From contig CP158635.1 in the NCBI GenBank assembly GCA_050273025.1, positions 26,412,001-26,476,000 on the forward strand: DNA of 64,000 bases, written 5' to 3'. Shown one piece after another: positions 48,989 to 61,361 of the stretch. A program made the translations under genes and the position numbers. The notes below the pieces were generated by a model. It did no database searches and had not been told where the DNA came from. It was given only the letters and a program-made list of their open reading frames with translations. This DNA is from Cenococcum geophilum. Lineage: Eukaryota. Position 1 is the first letter of the stretch. Every line of letters begins with the position of its first letter.

Positions 48989-49234
48989 GCCTACCTACCT
49001 ACCTACCTACCTACCTATCTATCTGTCTATCTATCTATTTATCTATCTATATATCTACCTACCTACCTATCTATCTATCTGTCTATTTATACCTACCTAT
49101 ACCTACCTACCTATGCCTACTATCTATGCCTACTATCTATACCTACCTATCTGTGCCTACTATCTATATATACCTACCGTCTATACCTACCATCTATGCC
49201 TCCTATCTATACTACTGTCTATACCTACCTATCT
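48989..49234. repeat. (ctac/ctat)n degenerate microsatellite
   Basis: Directly visible. Confidence 0.9.
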
Positions 49235-49344
49235 ATAATTTAGGGGAAAGGTTGGCCTAATTAAAGGCTTCGCCTAATTCAATTAATTATATTAATTTAA
49301 ATCGTTCTCTACGGCCGTTCGCTAGCTATATATTTAAACAGTAA

Positions 49345-50399
49345 TTATCTAGTTTTAGCGACGGTTATCTAGCTCTAACGACGGTTGTCTAGCTCTAGTA
49401 ATAGTTAATAGTTATCTGGTTCTGGCGACGGTTGTCTAGCTCTAACGACGGTCGTTTAGCTTTAACAACGGTCGTCTAGCTCTGGCGACGGTTAATGGTT
49501 AACGGTTATCTAGTTCTGGCGACGGTCGTCTGGCTTTAGTAATAGTCGTCTGGCTCTAGCGACGGTTGACGGTTGTCTGGTTCTAGCGACGGTCGTCTAG
49601 CTCCGGCGACGGTCGTTTAGCTCTGGCGACGGTTGACGGTCGTCTGGCTCCGGCGACGGTCGTCTGGCTCTGGCGACGGTTAACGGTTATCTGGTTCTGG
49701 CGATGGTCGTTTAGCTCTGGCGACGGTTGTCTAGCTCTAACGACGGTCGTCTAGCTCTAATAACGGTCGTCTAGCTCTAACGACGGTTGTCTGGCTCTAG
49801 CGACGGTTGATGGTTGACGGTCGTCTGGTTCTAGCGACAGTCGTCTAGCTCCGGCAACGGTTATCTAGCTCTGGCGACGGTTAACGGTCGTCTGGTTCTG
49901 GTGACGGTTGACGGTTGTCTAGTTCTGGCGACGGTCGTCTAGCTCCGGCGATAGTCGTCTGGTTCTGGCGACGGTCGTCTGGCTCCGGCGACGGTCGTCT
50001 GGCTCTAACGACGGTCGTCTGGCTCTAACAACGGTCGTCTGGCTCTAACGACGGTCGTCTGGCTCTGGCAACGGTCGACGGTCGACGGTCGTCTAGTTCT
50101 GGCGACGGTCGTCTGGTTCTGGCGACGGTCGTCTAGCTCCGGCGACGGTCGTCTGGCTCTAGCAACGGTCGACGGTCGTCTGGTTCTGGCAACGGTCGAC
50201 GGTCGTCTAGTTCTGGCGACGGTCGTCTAGCTCCGGCGACGGTCGTCTGGCTCTGGCGACGGTCGACGGTCGTCTAGTTCTAGCAACGGTCGACGGTCGT
50301 CTGGTTCTAGCAACAGTCGACAGTTATCTGGTTCTGGCAATAGTCGACAGTCGTCTAGTTCTAGCGACGGTCAACGGTCGTTTAGTTCTGGCGACGGTC
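49345..50399. repeat. ~20-bp minisatellite (cgacggtcgtctggctctgg) with interspersed 7-bp gacggtc units
   Basis: Directly visible; variants are mostly transitions. Confidence 0.92.
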
Positions 50400-50534
50400 C
50401 TTAGCTAGCTGCCGTTCTAGTGCCTCCCTAGATAGGGAGGATGTAAGGAAGGAAGGGTAAAAAATAAGGTAGCTACCTAGGTGTATATATAGAGGCTATT
50501 GGGAATATAGCGGGGACCTAATAGTAATGTATTA

Positions 50535-51927
50535 TGCAGAGCTTTATACAGAGCCTCCGTATATAAAGCTTTGTACAGAGCCTTATGTAGAGCCTCTATA
50601 TATAAAGCTTTATGTAGAGCTTTATATAGAGCTTTATATAGAGCTTCGTATAGAGCTTTATATAGAGCTTTATATAGAGCTTTATATAAAGCTTTATATA
50701 GAGCTTTATACAGAGCCTCTATACGTAGAGCTTCGTATAGAGCCTTATATAGAGCCTCGTACAAAGCTTTATATAGAGCTTTATATAGAGCTTTATATAG
50801 AGCTTTATATAGAGTCTTGTGTAGAGCTTTATACAGAGCCTTATATAGAGCCTCTATATATAGAGCTTTATATAAAGCCTTATGTAGAGCCTTATATAAA
50901 GCTTTATATAGAGCTTTATATAGAGCTTTATATAGAGCTTCGTGTAGAGTCTTATATAGAGCTTCGTATAGAGCCTTATATAGAGCCTCTATACGCAGAG
51001 CTTCGTATAGAGCCCTATATAGAGCCTTATATAGAGCCTTGTGTAGAGCCTTATATAAAGCCTTATATAGAGCCTTATATAGAGCCTCGTATAAAGCTTT
51101 ATATAGAGCTTTATATAGAGCTTTATATAGAGCTTTATGTAGAGCCTTATATAGAGCCTCTATACGTAGAGCTTCGTATAGAGCCTTGTGTAAAGCTTTA
51201 TGCAGAGCTTCGTATAGAGCTTCGTGTAGAGCTTTATGCAGAGCCTTTATACGTAGAGCTTTGTATAAAGCCTTATGCAAGACTTTGTACAGAGCTTTAT
51301 ATAGAGCTTCGTATAGAGCTTTGTGCAGAGCTTTATATAGAGCTTCTGTATATAGAGCTTTATATAGAGCCTCGTGCAAAGCTTTGTATAGAGCTTCGTA
51401 TAGAGCTTCGTGCAGAGCTTTATGTAGAGCTTTTATACATAGAGCTTTGTATAGAGCCTTATATAAAGCTTTGTATAGAGCTTCGTGTAGAGCTTTGTGT
51501 AGAGCTTTATATAGAGCTTTATACAGAGCTTTTATACGCAGAGCTTCGTGCAGAGCTTCTATACGTAGAGCTTTGTGTAGAGCTTCTGTACGTAGAGCTT
51601 TGTGCAGAGCTTCTATATATAGAGCTTCGTGCAGAGCTTCTGTACGTAGAGCTTTATACAGAGCTTCTATACGCAGAGCTTTATATAAAGCTTCTATACG
51701 CAGAGCTTTATATAGAGCCTCGTATAGAGCTTCGTATAGAGCTTCGTATAGAGCTTCGTATAGAGCCTCGTGTAGAGCTTTATATAGAGCTTCGTGTAGA
51801 GCTTTATATAGAGCTTTATATAGAGCTTTGTGCAGAGCCTTATATAGAGCTTTATGCAGAGCCTTGTATAGAGCTTCGTGCAGAGCCTTATATAGAGCTT
51901 CGTATAGAGCTTTATGCAGAGCTTTAT
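50535..51927. repeat. 12/15-bp minisatellite (agagctttatat / agagcttcgtgc; 15-mer agagcctctatacgt)
   Basis: Directly visible; it produces the low-complexity ORFs in the track. Confidence 0.92.
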
Positions 51928-54900
51928 GGTTATAGTATTAGGTTTTTTTTTAGGCGCGTTATTACAGCCAAAAATTAGGGTCTGCAAAACCTGCGTAAGT
52001 CGCGATTTTAGTAATTTGCAGCAATTTGCACAAGTAGCCTGTGTGTTTATAGCAATTTGCAGCAATTTGCACGAGTAGCCTGTGTATTTATAGCAAATTG
52101 CCGCAAGTTACCGTAAATCGCTAAAATCGCGACTTACGCAGGTTTTGCAGACCCTAATTTTCGGCTGCAACAACGCGCCTAAAAAAAAATTTCCTGATAA
52201 GCTTCTTTAAAAAGGAAATAGTTATAGTTAATATAAAGCTTTCCTTATACTTAAATCCTCCAATTTTTAAAGGTAGGGTCTATTCTATTAGATAGTAGTA
52301 GGGGGTTAGGGAGCTTAATAGACTTTAATTACTTTATTATTATATCCGTACTCCCTAGTATATTATATTTAGTGGAGTAAATAGGTCAGCTAGGGCTTTA
52401 AGAAGGGAAAGCTAAGCTATTTTATAGGGCTGTAAGGCTTTTTAGGATCTCTTATAGGGTTTCTTATATATTTCTCGCTTTAAGATAATCGGCTTCCTAG
52501 CTAGCTGCGAGGGCGCAAATCTACTCGCGTACGTTTATAACGTTATTATTATCTTTAATTTCTAATCCTAATTAGATCTTAGGTTCCTCTTAAGTAGAGG
52601 CAGCTCTCTTAAATAAGCTTACTTTAGGTACCATCTTTAGCTTCCTAAGGTTTATTAGTATTATACGCTTTAGTTTTAATTCCGGGAGTATAGGTCTAGT
52701 CCTATTTAGCTTATAAGGTAGGATATTATCTAGGCCTTCCCAGGCAATATAGAGTTGTTTTAGTGTCTAAGTATAGCGCATTAACGCGTTATTACAGACG
52801 AAGTTTCCTTTAAGGTAAGATATTATTAAGGCCTTCTCAGGCAGGATAGGGTAAGCTTAGTATAATATTACGGCTTATATAAATGCCTCTAAACTAAAGC
52901 TTGTAGAATACTATATTACAAAGATACTAAGTTAAAGAAAAGGAAAAAGGGGTCGCTAGGGCTGGTGTAAATAAATATATAGGGTGAGCCGCTAAGGCGC
53001 TAGCTTTGGGCGGGCCAATTATAGGTTAGTAGAATATGGCAGAATTTAGCAGGTAATGTGCGATAGCGCCGTTATATATACTTACCGCGGTAGAGGAGCT
53101 TCTAATTACGCGCGTATACGTTTATCTACAAGTCGTGCGTATACGCGGCCAGCAATATCGCTATACTAGCTACGTTTGCTACTTTAGCTAGAATATACTA
53201 AAGACTTAAAGGTAGCTACTACGGCTACCTACTAAACTTAATATACTGGTCGTAAGGCCTATAGTAGTAGAGGGTAGCGAATACCTAGGTTAGTGGTTTA
53301 CTAAGCGGTATACTATAAGGCGCTTTATTATAGTATAGTAGCTTTACTTTCTAAAGGTTAATTATCTTAATTATTGCGATATTAAAATATATAGTACCTA
53401 GCTTACTAGCTTACCTAAAAATAGCTCTATATTAGATTAGCTACCTTATATTAATAAGTTAAAGTCTAATTTTAATAGCCTAATAGCTTACCCTACTACT
53501 CCTATATAATGTCCTCCTACTATTAATTCTTTACTTACTAAGCTTAGTAGTAATATACTAGATGGCGAATTTAATAATAATATATTAGATACTTTAGTTC
53601 CTAATCTAGTACCTAACCTTAGTAAATTAGAGCTTTTAGGTTACGAGGTTTAATACTAATAAAACCTATAAGCGGGCCTAAAGGTTCCTACTATGCAATA
53701 GACACCTCTCTCTAAGTAATTAGCTAGTTTTATTATACGCAGCGCCTTTCCTACTCTATTTCCTTATGGTAAAGCCGATTTTAATATACCACGAAGCCGT
53801 ACGGTTACCCTAGCTACGTACGCTAAGCATATACTTAAGTATTAGGACGGTTAGTTTAGCCACTACCCCTTATTTTACTACTCTATGTTTAATCGGATTA
53901 TAAAAAATCAAGCCCTTAACGCTACCTATTTCCTTTACGGCCAATTAAATAAGAATAGTCTATCTTTAGATAAGCTTAGTAATATTATAAATAGTAATAG
54001 GGGTAGCTAGTTACTAAATAAGATTATACAGTATATACGGAACCTTAAGGGCACTAGACCTTACTAGAGGCAGAAGAGAAATAAGCTTATAGCTTATACT
54101 AAAAATATTAAAAGCGGGTCTCTATTCTTTATACTTAGCGCTACTAATCTATATTAGTATAATTTATACTCTTATATACCTCTATTTAATAAATATAAGG
54201 CTACTAATAAGGCTTAGCGCTACCGGATTACTTCTTAAAATCTCTATAATAATCTGTATATTACTGCTTACTAGCTATATCGCCGCTTTAATCTATTTAG
54301 GAAGCACGTACTTATAGGCCTATTTAATAGCACTAACTTTTAGTCCTAATATAAGTAGTAGGTATAAGGTAGCGGCTATATATATAGCTTCTTATAGAGT
54401 TTAACAGCCCTAAGGCTAGATCCGTTAGCTATTAAATTAAGGGCGGCTTTTGCTAAGTACTAGGCTACTTTTATATCTATAATTAATCCTAATTAATTTA
54501 GGCCTCTTAATCTCTAATATTCTTCTGCTCTTAGCTATAAAGAATAGCTTAATACTAGTAAGCTTCTTACTACCTACCTTAATCGATTTTAACGGCACTA
54601 TAATTACACCAAATCTTACTGCTTAAGATTAAAGAAAGGCTCTACTAGAGCAAAAAAGTGCCGCTTTTATTTTCCACGGTCTCTCCGTAATAAGGCTGCT
54701 ATATTAAAGGATTAAAATCTATATTACTAGACGTTTTGTTTATAGCGTAATAATAAGCTTCTTAATAGTTATAATATAGCTATAATATTAGCGTAGATGG
54801 CAAATATTAATATATTACCCGCTATAAGCATATTAGTAATAGTTAACTATATAGGTAAATATTGCAGTAAGAAAGAGAAGAAGTTAACTTCCTACTAGGA

Positions 54901-55798
54901 GTTACTCTAATTAGTATAGCCGCACGCTAATAGTCTTTATGCCTTTAGTTTAGTCGTGGTTAGGTTTATAAATAAGCTTATTACTAAAAGTAATTAGTTA
55001 GCGTAGGAGGTATACTATTTACTTCTTAATATTCCCCTTTATAAAGGCTCTAAGAATATAGTAACTTTAAACTACCGCTAGGAGGATAATTAAAGCGCTA
55101 TATATAAGCTTAATAATAGGCAATTAAGAGGGTATAGACTATCTAACTATAAGAAATATAAGCGCTGCCTAGATAGGGTAGAGGACGTTACTTTCCTTAA
55201 TTTTTTACTCTATTTTAATTACTCTACTTATAAGCGTCGGCTAAAAGCAAGGCCTTAAGTTATATTATACTTTCCGTAATATAACGGCGATTGCTTCTAT
55301 CTATAGTATCCTAAGTTCTGCCGTATAAAGCTTAAGGATTCTAATAGGCTTAGTAATAGGGAGCTTAATTATAACTATAACTAGAGTATATATTAGGGTA
55401 TATACCCGGAGCTTAATAAGAGGACTTATTAGCAGGAAGTACGGCTATAGCCTTTACTATAGAACTACCTATTCTAAATAGTAACTCCGTCCTCCTTATA
55501 ACCAGGTTAGCGTTATATCTATAATATTATAGTTAATTACTATAGGCAGATCTAAGTGGGCCTTAGCCCCCCCTACTGCGGATTAACGTTAATAGAGAGG
55601 CAGGAACCGGTAAATTATATCTTATTACTATCCTCTTTACTACGCTCTATAATATAGTAAGGGCTAATAGTAAGCTATTACTATTAGCTTAAGCTGCCCC
55701 TACTAGGGTAGCTATATTTAGTATTAACGGCAGAACTATATATAATCTATTAAGGTTACCAGTAAACTATCCGTTTAAGAAATTACCTACTACTAATT

Positions 55799-58700
55799 TA
55801 TAAGAGGCCAGCCTAACCGGAACGTATAATTATCTAACTAATAGTGTTACTGGTAAGTAGAAGGTAAGTTAAAGGTGCGTTAAAGGTAAGTAGGAAGTAG
55901 AATAAGTTTTTACGTATTAAAGGATAAATGCTTCTAACTACTTCTATTTAAAGACTAATCGCTAGTTCTTCTTTAGAGGGGAACTAGCTTTCTATATATT
56001 CCTTTTAAGACGCTAGTAAAACCTTTCGCCCCTAACCTATCTAACTATATCTTCTAAAATATAGATAGGATATAGATAAAACCTCCTACTGTTTTATTAG
56101 ATATGTACCTCCTAAGGGATTCCGTTATAATTACCTCCCCTTTTAAGGTCTTAATCCTTTAAGACTTTGCCTCTACTAAACTTTTATAGAGTTCCGGCTA
56201 AAACTACTAGGGAAACCCTTAGTAGAAAGGTACTTTATAATGCGACTTATTACTAGCTCTTTACTAGCGCGGAACTTTACTTTATCTTTTATTTCTCTAC
56301 TCTTCTCCTACCCTAGCTCCTTATAGTGCTTTTATAATAGAATTTTAATAATAGTAAAAAAAATTTAGTAGGATTTACCTCTTTAATTTTAGGAATTTGT
56401 TATAAATAGATCTAGAGGTTATCCGGTATAACACGTTAACTAACTACTAACCCTATTTACCTAAATAGGCTTTAATAATAACGTCTTTTATTTTAATTTC
56501 TTTCTATTTATAAGTTGTCGTTTCTTTCTTATCCTTCTATTAACAACACTATTCGTCTTATTCTTAAATAGGCTATTTTTATTATATCTCGCCTTTTAGC
56601 TTCTATATTTTTAGCCATACTTCTATTACTACCTTATTATCTTTTCTTAACGCGTTTATAAGCAATAGGATCCCCACCTTATCTCTTATAATAATGCTAA
56701 CTTCTTAGAGTATTCTCTTATAATGGCTTATAGTCCTTCTACGCGTCCCTAAACCAGCGGCAGTATCGTTCCTCTCCTAGTAACGCCCTAGACAGCGTTT
56801 ATTACTCCTACAGCAGTTTCCCTAAAATGCTATCATCACTACATTTATGCTCTTATGTAGGATCCTTCCCACGTTTATAAGATGCCTTACTCCGGTAAAA
56901 ATAAATCTAAGTACTCCTATTATCGCAGTAGGAGAAAGACCTACGTCCTAGTATTTCCCATTCCGTCCTATTCTAGATTTCGCTAATTATACTAGATCCC
57001 CGCTGTCTATATATATAAAACTTATAGGCTCTAACACACTATTTAAGATTTCTGCTAATATCCTAATAGTAATAGGTAGGGATAGAAGGTATCTTCCCTT
57101 GCTCATAGGCTCTTTAATTTAATAAGGGTTTCCACTACTATAAAGATATAATAATCTCGGATATATAGTGTCTAGGAGCGTATATATAAACAGCTTGTCC
57201 TTATTAATAATAACATTTATACTCTTACGCGGGCTACTCTAGCCAGGTAAGTTTCTTTAGTAACTTGCTTAGGAACTATACTAACTTCTTTAGCTAATGT
57301 CTCTCTAATCCCTACTTAGACGCCAATTTAAAACCTAGGAATACTAAGAATAGCAATAAAGGTTAAGATAAACGTTCTCCTCGCTAGTCTCCCGCCTGTA
57401 CTAGTCCTTCTAGTACCTATTATTCTAAGAAGAATATTAGTAGAAGTGCTAATACTTCTAGGGATAGAGAAGCTAATAATACTATTAATAATAACGTTAA
57501 GATGGAAGAAGAGGCTCCTATTATTGCTGCTAGTATTTAAGTTATTACCTAGCTCTTTCCTTTTTCTTATAGAATAGCTTTATATAGTGCTTCTTAGGTG
57601 CCTCTAAGATGCCCTATTATTAGGAATTAACTTTATACTTTAGGGATGCCTTTGTTCTAAGCTTTAGTAATAATCCATATAAACGTAGTATACTACTATA
57701 ATCCCTATATATAATAAACGGGTAGTATTCCTATAGGTGCCTTATAATTCCTTAAAATTTCTAATTCTTTATAGGCTGTCCTTTTGCTTCTCTTTATACT
57801 ATTAACTCTACTATATATCTCCGGTGCTAGGCTAAATACTCTCCTTTTATCCCTAGGGGATCTTTCTAAATCCCTAAGGCCACTTCTTATAGTACTACTA
57901 CTCCTTTTTAAACAGCGTCTCCTTTAAACGGTATCCCTAGTAGTTCTTCTATAAATCCCTATAGGCTTCCTCTTATAGGATTTTAGGATCCCTATTATAA
58001 TGGCGAAACGTTTCCGTTCTTAATGCCTATGCTTAATCCTATAGTTTTAATTTATGGGGTTTTATTACTTTACCTATAGTATATCCGGAACCATTTCTAA
58101 ATCTTTACCTTTAGTTCTTAGGAAGGTTTTAATTATAGTGTTATATTTCGGTTAAAGGTGCTCCTTAGGTTCCTAACTATTATACGCCTAAAAGTATCCT
58201 TTTTAATAAACTAAAAATTCGCGCTTCTTCTAGCGCCATTTTTAGTCTAAAATATCTTCTATATTCCATTCTAGTTCCCTATTAATTTCGCTAGGTAGGG
58301 GCGGTTCCGTATTATCTCTTCTCCGGTATAGCTCTAGTAAGGAAATATAAAATATAGGATATATTAGATAAGATTTTAGTAATTCTAATTTATAGGCTTA
58401 GTTTCCTTTAGTTTTCCTAACTATCTTAAAGGGTCCGAGCTACTGGTAATCCAGCTTCTTCTTAATACGTTTTATTCGGATATTTTTTTATAAATAGTAA
58501 GACTTCGTCTCTTATCTCAAATTCTTTTAGCATATATTTTTTATTATAGTACCTTTTTTATACGGCCTAGGCGTCTAGTAAGTGCTTTTTAAGTTCCTCT
58601 CTATAAATTCTCATTTACTTAATTCTTTTAGACGCCGCTAGTGCCTCTTTTTTAGGAATAATATCCTTAACATTTTAGGGATTATTTGCTTTTACCCCAA

Positions 58701-61361
58701 ATAATACTTTATAAGGGGTTATTTTTATACTACTATAGATGCTTATGTTATATATATACTGCGCTAAAGTTAACCACAATGTCTAATTATCTTATTAATA
58801 ATTAATATAGCAGCGGAGGTAGTGTTCCAATAATGTATTTAGATACTCTGTTAGCCTATTTATTTATAAGTAAAAGGCAGTACTTATCCTTTACTGTATT
58901 TTTAACAAGAGATAGAATAAAGACTAAAATACACTATTAAATACGGTACCTCTATTAGATATAATTCCCCTTAGCGTGCTAAATAAGAGCTACTGTTCTA
59001 AAAACAGGTCTGCCAGTTCTGCTACCGTAATTATTATTATAATAGCAAAGTATTTTAAAAACTTTATATACCTATTAACGATTACTAGGATAGTATTAGC
59101 AACCTCTTTAGTTCTTATCTTAGTAAGGGGTAAGCCTATAATAAAATCCATTATTAATTCTAATATAAGTCCCTGCAGAATAGGAAGCACTAATAACTCA
59201 CTATATAGGCAATGCCTAGATATCTATATCCTTTAGCATATATTATACCTTAATATATAGTCCTTAACCTCTTTAGATATTCCGTCCTAAAAGTATTTCC
59301 TTTAAACGGCCTTAAGGGTTCTATTAGCACCGTAGTAACCCCTAAGAGGGTTATTATAGAAGACCTTTAAAATTTTATCTTAAATTGCTTAGTCCTTTAG
59401 GATATATATAGCACCCTTAAAGCGTAACAAATCCTTTTAGTCTTACTACTATAGCTTCTTAGTAACTCCGGCTAAGTTAGTCTCTACTATATCTTTCTAC
59501 CTCTCCCTAAAGGCGAAGGCGTCCCTTTATTAAGCTTAAAGAAGAAGATTTAGAAAGGTTTTATATAGATTACTTACTTCTATTTTACCTACCGCTATTA
59601 TAAACTTAAGGCGTAGCATAAGACGTTTTAAACCATTAGTGCTAGTAGATTCTCCTACTATTATATAGTATGCCACGCTGCGGATAGGTATCTCGCCTAT
59701 CCCCCTTAGATCCAAAAACTCGTAGCTAATATGCCGTTAAGTTAAAGGTGCTACAATACCTCTAGCATATCCCGCAGAATTCTTACTAATTTTAGGGTAC
59801 GCTAACTTTATAATATCTGCTTAGTCTATAACCTAGTCTATAACTATATCCTACGGCTCCACAATCGTGTTACTTTATAGCTATATTACTAGGACCTCTA
59901 CCCTACTATAAAATTCTATAGTTCTAGGAAAAGAGTCTTCTTTTTTCCTAAGCAAATTTTGCAATATAGGGATTATTTCCCCTATACTATCTTAGATTCT
60001 CCCTATTTTATAATCCGGACGTCTTAATAACCTATTAATAGGATTTATCTTTCCTAAGCGGTATATAATTTTAAAGTTATACTGCAATAGTGCCTTTACC
60101 TATCTCGCTTATTAACTACTTAATACCTTTATAGTTATAAAGTATTCTAAGTTGTTATAGTCTGTAAGGACTTTAATAGGATAATTGCTTCCTATATAAT
60201 AATATCACCAGTGCTTTATTACTGCAATTATTGTAAGTAGTTCCTAGTTATACGTTATATAACACTACTTTATAGGGGTTATTTTCCTTAACCAAAACAC
60301 TATAGGATGCTATTCTCTGTCTTTTAATTAAGATATAATTACCCCTAGGGTAAAGCCGGATATATCCGTTTTAAGGTATATATATAGCTCCCAGTAGAAG
60401 TGTATTAGGATAGGCGCTAACGTAAATAAATCCTTTAACTGGTCTATTACCTACTTAGCAGCTTCCCTAAATATAAAGGGTTCTAACTTCTTACCATTTT
60501 TAGATCCTTTTAGTAGATTGGTAATTAGGAGTATTACTTATAAATAGTAAATAATAAACCTTTAGTAGAAGTTCGCTATACCTAAGAAAACCTATACTTC
60601 TCTAAACGTTATAGGGTATAGCCATTCCCTAATAGCGTCTACCTAGCTTTTCTCTATTAACACTCTATTAACGCTAATAATAAAGCCCAGAAAATTAATG
60701 CTAGTAATATAAAAAGAGTATTTTTTTAGGTTTATATAGAGCTTGTATTCCTATAGTCTTTCTAGTACTATTTATACGTGGTATATATATGCTTCGTAGT
60801 TATTAGAGTAAACTATAATATTATTAAGGTAAACTATATATATTATATCCAATAGGCCTAATAATACCTTATTAATATAGGCCTAAAATTTTACCGGTGC
60901 GTTAGTAAGCCCAAATAGCATTACTAGGTACTTAAAGTGGCCGTACCGTGTTTAAAACGCCGTTTTCTACTTCTCGCCGGCTTTAATCCGGATTTGATAG
61001 TATATATCTTTTAGATCTAGTTTTATAAATATCTTTACGCCTAACAGCCTGTTAATAAGCTCCCCTATTAAGGGTAGTAGGTAGCAATTCTTTATAGTAA
61101 TCCTATTAAGCGCCTAATAGTTAATATAGAGGCGAAGGGTCCCGTCCTTTTTTAGTATAAATATAATCGGTGCCCCTACTAGGCTTATAAAGGGCTAAAT
61201 CCATTCTTTCTAAAGATTGTCTACTATATACTAATGTAATATAGCCAGCTTATTTTCTAATAAGTTATATAGTAGTCTAAAAGGAGGTTGCTTATCCCCT
61301 ATATCTATCTCATGCTTAACTAATATAGGGTTAGGTAAGGATTATATAGCCTCTTTACTAG
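55799..61361 (-). mobile_element. RIP'd Gypsy chromovirus C (different family): RT-RH-IN-chromodomain, ~2-kb extended 3' region, 3' LTR 55799-56129; 5' part interrupted by element D
   Basis: RT VYLNNI = VYLDDI (~60830), integrase MDFIIGLP (~59150), chromodomain ELEWNIEDIL...EPKEHL (~58290-58155). PPT aaaaggggaggtaat next to the LTR. Confidence 0.88.
56723..58100 (+). pseudogene. RIP'd antisense accessory gene of Gypsy C: Zn2Cys6-like N-terminus, two introns (56951-56995, 57247-57293), acidic and Pro-rich C-terminus; 3' end approximate
   Basis: ATG at 56723. The frame stays consistent across both GT..(g)ctaa(t/c)..AG introns and the stops read were all TAA/TAG. TAT/TAC codons fall at a C-x2-C-x10-C-x10-C-x2-C-x6-C spacing. 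Confidence 0.6.

Larger units (their letters stand above)
48450..52199. mobile_element. 3.75-kb TIR-bounded non-autonomous element made of tandem arrays, inside Gypsy B
   Basis: Termini tatcaggaa(a)ttttttttt...gttgttgc at both ends in inverted orientation. Shared subterminal motif gcaaattgccgcaa at 48491 and 52093. Long terminal hairpin at 51943-52189. Confidence 0.7.
34104..53076 (-). mobile_element. Gypsy chromovirus copy B (same family as copy A), internally deleted; LTRs 34104-34169+46829-46973 and 52866-53076
   Basis: LTRs match the reverse complement of Gypsy A LTRs. 46974-48450 matches the IN/chromodomain/PPT region of A, and 52200-52865 matches its 5' UTR/gag. Flanked by tata/tata. 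Confidence 0.9.
33300..55798 (+). mobile_element. RIP-degraded Helitron (Rep/PIF1 helicase), split by nested insertions; own sequence ~33300-34103 and 53077-55798; 5' end not defined
   Basis: Removing Gypsy B restores the frame PGPIPSFLPILTAVEELLITRVYVYLQVVRIRGQQYRY. AFPTLFPYGKADF at ~53744. Rep motif de-RIPs to EWQ.RGS.H.HG (~54350-54390). Walker A ..EAGTGK at ~55591-55614, then AAPTRVAIFSINGRTIYNLLRLP. Confidence 0.85.

Noticed and set aside
49345..50399. Regular ~20-27-bp repeats resembling a CRISPR array
   Set aside because: Contiguous tandem units without unique spacers, no cas genes, and a eukaryotic context.
50477..52065. Long ORFs of 300-483 aa on both strands
   Set aside because: They arise from a stop-free 12/15-bp minisatellite with no unique domain, so they are not called as genes.
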